Shown piece after piece: positions 56,801 to 64,000 of a stretch of 64,000 bases of DNA. Position numbers and translations under genes: made by a program. Origin of the DNA: Adineta vaga. Its lineage: Eukaryota > Animalia > Rotifera. The DNA lies in the NCBI GenBank assembly GCA_021613535.1, contig CP075495.1, forward strand, positions 13,826,001 to 13,890,000, in the 5' to 3' direction. The notes beneath the pieces were generated by a model, which did no database searches, was not told the DNA's origin, and saw only the letters and a program-made list of their open reading frames with translations. The stretch's first letter is position 1, and every line of letters begins with the position of its first letter.

Positions 56801-59800
56801 TAAAGAAAATGAACTACTACTTCGATTAATGAATCAACGAAACAATAGGAAGCGACAATGATTTCGACTAGTGTAGTAATAACAAGAAGAAAAAAAAGAG
56901 AGAGGGAGAGGGAGAGGGAGAGGAAAAATCATATTGACAGTTACTTCATTTGATTAACAAAATGACTATAATCTCTTCCACAATTTGATTAAACATATAC
57001 ATATATATATATATTATGACATAAGAGCAAGATGTTATTATATAAGCAATACTCAAGAAAGAACAAAATCATCTCGGAAGTTGAAGAAAAAGAAATAACT
57101 ACTTAGACTAGCACTTAATCGACTCGTTAAAATCAATTTGATTCTTGTTTTTATCGAGACAAAATAAGATCAATTGCTGAAAGTGTGTATCAATAGACTC
57201 TGTCGTTTTTTAATATGACAACTGCTGCGATCTTTCGCGAAAATTGTTGTTGTTGTTGTTTCTTTTCTTGTAAATTGAATAAATTTTCTTCGACAGATGG
57301 TCAATAACAATGATCTTGAACTGGATGCATATTTAATTGTATATAGACATCTGTAATGTAACAGATTGATATGTTTTTGTCGACGTAATAACTATTCATA
57401 TAGAATTAGTTTTCTTTTCCAAAACAATTTGGTTTTTTTTATGCAATCCATAAGTTTACATATGAAATGTTAAGACTTTTATCGAGACGATATGAGTTAA
57501 TTAAATAGAAGAATCGTCTATATGAATTATTAGAAAATTCTTTTCATTTCAGTTTATTAATAATTCAACAAGTCATTCCATATGATGATCAATGCACTTG
57601 TTCAATATAATCAGTTACATAATCTGATGAGAACTCCACGAATTTAAGAAAAGTAGAAAAAACAACGTATTTTGTTTTTCTGTTGATGAAATGAGAAAGT
57701 TTTCGATATTTTCATCGAATCGTTGTTAACGAATCATCTATATAATAAAAAGAAATATGAATAAGAATATTCTTCTATTCTCAAGAGTTTTTTTTTCTTC
57801 TCAAAGTTAATAATTGAAATATGTATAGTTCATATATCAATTGATTCTAATACATTTCTTCTATGTAAATAATCTATTGACAATATCCATTTGGGATTTC
57901 ATTATTCATATCTATTCATTTGAATGAATTATATGTAGGTGTGATCATGGAAGACAAAACAAAATTAGAAATATTATGATTATTAATATGTTTGAAAAAT
58001 TTCTTGGAGAAAAATCAGATTGATGTATTTCTTTTTTTATTCGTCAATAGAGTTTGTTTTGTATAACATTAATATTAAATCTATGAACCAGAAAAACAAT
58101 AGAAAAAAAAGAATGATCAGGAACATTTTTCCGATTAACGTAAGCAATAAATACATCAGTTTTTTTCCGTTCAATTTGTTTTGTTTATTTCAAACAAAAA
58201 TAATCAGTTGACGTCTGAAGTTCTTTGTCGCTCTCTCTCTTGCCTTCTTCCTCTTTTTGGTAACAAAACAAAAGTGTGGTAAAATCAACAAGGAAAGACA
58301 ATTTTTTCTTAATGATTTATCATTGTGATGCAAATTGTAGAGAAAAAAAACTGAAACGATTCTCATTCATCTAAGTCATAAATATCTATAATTGATGATT
58401 ATATCACAAGGGATTATTTAATATTTCTTGTATTTATGTGTTCTTTCGTGTTTTTCGGTTGATTCTAATGATACAATAGCGAAAAGAAAATTTTCAAAAG
58501 AACAGAATAGCATGTTTAATAATTAGGAACAGAAAAGAAAAGAAAAGTATTGATTATCATAACATGTGAGAAGTGAAAATAGATTATTTTTCACTTCTCT
58601 ACAGAATTTCTCAGGAGAATTTGCTTTCTGTTTTTTTTTCTTCTTTTGGAATTTGCAAATCTTCCGTTAGGATTAATCACGTTCACCGACAGCAAATAAT
58701 GGATGCTTAGCGAGGCGTCAAAAGTAGCTAACAAGCAACGTGTGTGTGTGTGTGTGTGTGCATTAGTAGGATTAGTTCAGAAGATTTTGATGATGAATGT
58801 ACGTTTGACGTTGATCGTTACAGATCAGTAATATAATAATGATTGTGCATAACGAGATAAATGAAATGGAATAACTGATGAATTTTAACTTTTCTTTTTC
58901 TTCCGTTGGAAAGCAATTGATGAGAGGTTTTTATCGAGACAAATATATGACATGGCATGAATTGTATAATGGACTAGAAATGCATTTTAATGTATTGATC
59001 ATTTCATCTAATGATGTCTAACGTGTCAACTGAGCTAATATTTTTCTCTAAACGTTCTTTTTCCTGCATTCAATGCACTTCTATAATTGTCGTTTTTGTC
59101 GTTAGATTGTATTAGAGAAGCACGTTCAGATGAAATTCAATCTTCATCATCATCATCATCATCGCTAATGTTGTTGTTGTATGTTATTTTCAATGCTTCT
59201 CATTTTTGTCCCGAGTTTCTTTTGTACCGAAGAGCACAAAACTAGTATCGTATTTTGTACTAAATCGTTTTTAGTTAACAGACATTTTTCATACATTGAA
59301 CACCTTTTTTTTCTATAAATTTCACCATTCAAACGGCACGTTCTATTTCAGTTTCCTTTTTCTTTTATTATTTTTTTTGTGTCTCCTACGCACATAACAT
59401 ACAAACAATGAAGAATGATGTTTCCTGTTTGTGTCGGACAAAGTTGAATATTAGATAAGAATCTTTAATCTATTTTTATAAGGAGAAGAATAACAGCAAC
59501 AGATAAAAGACATTTTTTGTCCAATTCCTTTTTTTTTATGTCATTCAGTCAAGGAGAGAAAGATTTGTGTCATATGTCACAATCATAACGAAAGTATCTC
59601 AAAAAAGAGAAATGAGAAGGCAAACAAAAGAAATGTTTGAAACCGAGATAAATATCATTTCTCACAAGTTTGCTTGAGTTTCTTTTTAAGAACATCATTG
59701 AATGCACACAGATTAAGGACACAAGAAGCGGATAAAGTCTAGTGGTTGAGGTGAGAAAAAAAAGGAGAAAAGCACGTTCAACAAAAAAAACGAGATGAAG

Positions 59801-61730
59801 AAGAAAAAAAGACGAGTAAAAAAGCAAACAGCAGCATTGGTTGATGAACGCGTCATGGACAGACAAGTTCATGCACATTACTCATTTACTCATTCTTTAT
59901 CTTTCCGTTACTCTCATTTACTTTCTTTTCTTTATTTCTTTAATGTCGTCGTCGTTGTCGTCAATTTCATCTTCTATGCCATATTTCATCAGTTATATGA
60001 TAGATCTTGATTAAGAAAATTAAAAAAAAACGGAAGACTGTAGAAGAAAAAAGAAAGAAGAAGAAGAAGAAGAAAAAAGAAAACAGAGTATTTCAGTTTA
60101 TATATGTAGCGGTGTGTTTAAACTTATAAATGTAATTGAGTTGTAGTATTTCTACATACCCATGCGACACGTCGACGACAGCAATTAACCAGTAGTCATT
60201 TCATTTTCTTTTCTCATTTTCTTTTTCTATTATGTCTTCAAAAAAAGAATGAATATCAGTAACATCATGACAAACTCTATCATTCAACAGCAGGTAATGC
60301 CATTACTATCATTATCCGTATTCAATCCATCTTAAAACTAATATTTACATTGAGTAAAGAAAGAATCACTAAAGTGAAATATTGATTGTCATTTTTATTC
60401 TTATGAGATTGATACAAACAAAAAAAAAGAGAGAGGAAAAGAAAGAAAGTCAGATCAAGTGTTTGGAAAACTAACAAGAACAAATTTTTGTGAGTGCAAC
60501 ACCTACATGATCATTTCGATAGATACAATAAAAACTAATGAGTTGAAGGAGAAAAATATCGGATGAAAAGGTTATTTTCTATATTTTAATATCCTACTGT
60601 TTATCTATTGAACAATAAGATCTTAATTGTTTTCAAGGTTAATAATGTCGAAAAATATTATTCAATTGAAAAAGAAGAAGCAGTAAAAGAGATATTCTCG
60701 ATTTAATCTTCATTTTCATTCTTATCTTATAAGTAGATTTACATTTTCTTTCTTTTTTATGTTTCAAACAAAGGTGTTACTCAAAAAGATAATGAGAAAT
60801 CTTCAGATTAAATTCTTTAATCTTCAAAGATTGAATGTCGAAACGATTCTTTCTCTTCTTCGATGTATCTTCCTCACTTTCTTCAAAGAACAAACTGACT
60901 TAATTATCTATTCTTGTTAATTACCGTCTTTCAAACTTAAATTTAACTTTCTCTTTTTCAAAACTGAAATTATCTCTTAATTCAACATTTTCTCTTTCTA
61001 GATCTATATCTATCTGAACGACGATTATTAATGACGATGTACAGTCGTCGTCGTCGCATTTCTCAACGACACCAGCGACTGAACATCGATGCATCTTCTA
61101 CCATTACAGAATCAAGTAGGTTTTATTAAAACAAATACAAATATATACTAACGATCCTTTGCTAGATGATTTCTCTTCTTCTTCGTCTCTTTTTTTGGGC
61201 TGAGGAGAAAAAAAAAAGAATTCTCGAATTTGTTCCGGTCGTACAAAAATAGAAATATACATTTTCCTGTTGCAAAATAAATCTTTCTCTCTCGTTTTTT
61301 TTGTTACCTTTTTGCGAGTTTTCTTCTCTCTCTCTCGGTTCTTCTGTTCCATTGTTTCTCAGTTAGAAATTCTCCCTTTCTCTGTTGGCTTTTTTTTGTT
61401 GCTATACTTTTTCTCCTTCTTCATCTAGTTTAATGGAAAAATAGAGAAAGAGAGAGGGAGACTAGGAGAACAAGACTTCTGCATCAGCCTCTTGATCACG
61501 GCATGCTGCCGGTCTGTTAACGAACCTAATCCTCGAAAAACGGAATAGAACGCAGTCGGACGACTCTCGATCATTGTCCCCTAAGAATCGATAGCGACAA
61601 AGGGAAATAGAGAGGGAGAGAGAGAGAAAAGAAAGGCACCAGACATAGAAGAAACTTCGACTTTTATCTTGATGACTGATTATTTTCTATTTGTTATTAT
61701 TTGTATATTTAGAGTAACTCTAGAGCATTA

Positions 61731-64000
61731 ATGCCCGGGTCACGACGTGGCTTGGTTGCACCTCAAAATACCTTCCTTGAATCGATCATCCGTAAATGCA
61801 GTGGTGCACGTAAGTATATCATATTTATTTCAATTGACAAATATTCTATTTATTCAATTAAATACATTAGATGAAAAAAAAACAGAAACAGACTACGATA
61901 AGAAATAAGATTAGGAAAAAAAAAGAAAACTTCTTCATCTGTTTAGATTAATTTTTATTCTATACGAATTATTTTAACTGACATCCAATAGATTACTCAT
62001 GATTTCGATTTTTATCCTAAATTTAACGGATAACTATTCATCTGGATACAATATTTTGATTGTTTTTTTCTTATTTATCTTGGACTTCTAGCTTTTTTTA
62101 TCTTATTAGATATATTGAAGAAGAATAGAAGCACTGTTTCAATAATATTTCCTGTTGAGCTTTCACTCACACACACACACACCAATAATTTCCCTATATA
62201 CATACGACGAGGCGGGTTGCTACACATACAAGAAACTGAATTGGCGACAAATGTTCTTTTAGAATAGTAAATGAGCGATCCTATGGGAAATACACATACA
62301 TTATTCACCAATTCGCCTTCAGCGTTCATATTGAAAATATCCGTATATGTGTTCTACGTCTATACTATGAACGTTTGTCGAAAAATCAAAGAAAAAAAAT
62401 CAATTAAAGAAAATAAAAAGATTGAAGTACTTATATTACCCTGGATTTCCGGACGAGTAACCTATATCCTCATTAAATTTCAATATATTCTACTATCTCT
62501 TTATCTATGCACAATGTCATATTGTTTTAACATTAGATTAAATTCTCTGTAAAATTTACATTTGAATTTATGTGAAAATTATTTCTGATTGACTACAAGA
62601 ATATATATTTGAAATGTTTGATGAATATGTAAAGAATACAGGTGTGATACTGAATAATTGAGTGAAGTTAGAATCGTACGAGATCGAAAGATGTCAATTG
62701 GTTATCGTTTTATTTGTATATGTTTATTCTTAAGTTTGACTTTTTTTTAATAAGCATTTCATTGAAATTTTCGTTATTTAGACACGGCGTTCATTTTATC
62801 CAATGCTCAAATCGTTGAGTATCCGATTGTGTATTCGAATGATGGTTTTACAAAAATCTCGGGATATTTACGAGCTGATCTAATGAATAAAAGTTCCACG
62901 TGTAATTTCATGTACGGCGATTTAACAAGTGCCGATACACAATCAAAAATTCGTGATGCATTGGAAAATTGTCATATTGAACAAGTTGAAGTTCTTTTAT
63001 ATAAAAAGAATAGTATGTGTTATTGATATTTGTTTGAAATAAAATTTTGTTTTTAAAATCGAATCTTTCTATCTCATAGAAACTCCAATATGGGTATTTA
63101 TGCAAATAGCTCCGATAACCAATGAACGCGATACTGTGGTGCTTTATCTATGTACATTTACGGATATTACTGCACTTAAACAACCCATTGAAACCGAAGA
63201 TACAAAAGGTTGTCATTTCAATCTTTTTTATGTCATTTTTCAAAATTAAATTCATTGTCGTTTTTTTCTTTGTTTAGGTGGTTTGAGTAAATTTGCACGT
63301 ATAGCAAAATCTGTCACAAGAAATCGATCGATTTTAATGAATTTTGCAACACCAACTGCAAAATCAATTCAAATTGATCCGACAAAACCATCACAATTAC
63401 CAAATGTATGTTGATGATCAATGCAAAGAGTAGAAAAGATTTATTCAGTTTTTTTTTCTTTTATTCTAGTTACTCAATTTAAGTGCAGAAGTATTACCGG
63501 TATGTAATCACGATTTTTTTTTCAATAACCTAATCAAATCGCTTCTTTACCTTCATAGAGCTATCGACAAGAAGCACCAAGTACTCCACCACATATAATT
63601 CTACATTATTGTACATTCAAAACCGTCTGGGATTGGGTGATTCTATTATTGACATTTTATACATCATTATTAGTACCTTATCATGCAGCATTTCGAAGTA
63701 AATCATTAGATGATGTGCCATTACTTGTTGTTGATAGTATTGTCGATGTTATTTTCTTTATTGATATTATTTTAAATTTTCACACAACATATGTACACAC
63801 AAGTAATGATGAATCTGTATTCTTGGCTATTTTCTATTGAGTTTTTCATTGTTTTCTATTCAGAATCTGGAGAAGTTATATCTGATCCAAAACGTATTAG
63901 GAAAACATATTTAAAAAGTTGGTTTGTTATTGATCTATTAGCTTGTTTACCATACGATGTATTTAATGCATTTCAAGAAGCTGAAGAAGTAAAGATTTGT
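61731..64000 (+). CDS. eag: Ether-a-go-go voltage-gated K+ channel (KCNH1/5-like), 5' part, truncated by the window end
   Basis: [22 protein letters not shown]; PAS domain [22 protein letters not shown]; [13 protein letters not shown]; [25 protein letters not shown]; [17 protein letters not shown]. Confidence 0.96.

Noticed and set aside
53900-61700. Conserved animal miRNAs, tRNAs and short ORFs in the long intergenic tract
   Set aside because: No convincing mature miRNA or cloverleaf found by eye; the ORFs are low-complexity.

Overview
AT-rich eukaryotic genomic DNA with very short (~50-60 nt) GT-AG introns. Gene content, intron size and repeat types suggest a bdelloid rotifer (inference). 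The window has three parts. (1) 1-26.5 kb is a tightly packed block of conserved genes: CTF8, SUV4-20, a tandem-BRCT gene, INTS12, RPS27, FAM135, TDRD3, TACC, SPCS3, a small TIM and a UBASH3/STS-type phosphatase. It also holds a candidate multi-helix structured non-coding element at ~9.95-10.6 kb. (2) ~27.2-42.35 kb is a gene-poor accessory island bracketed by a diverged ~270-bp direct repeat. In it, an F-box/PP2-like gene appears split by an 8.4-kb insertion with Helentron/DINE-1-like ends. That insertion contains an F-box-LRR gene with one exon per repeat, a CACTA-like element and MITEs. (3) 44.8-64 kb holds a disordered protein with a PPP1R3-type PP1-docking motif, an orphan type-I membrane protein, TMEM39, a Kirrel/Neph-like Ig protein and the 5' part of an eag K+ channel. 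All gene models were assembled by eye and all family assignments are from remembered motifs; no searches were run.
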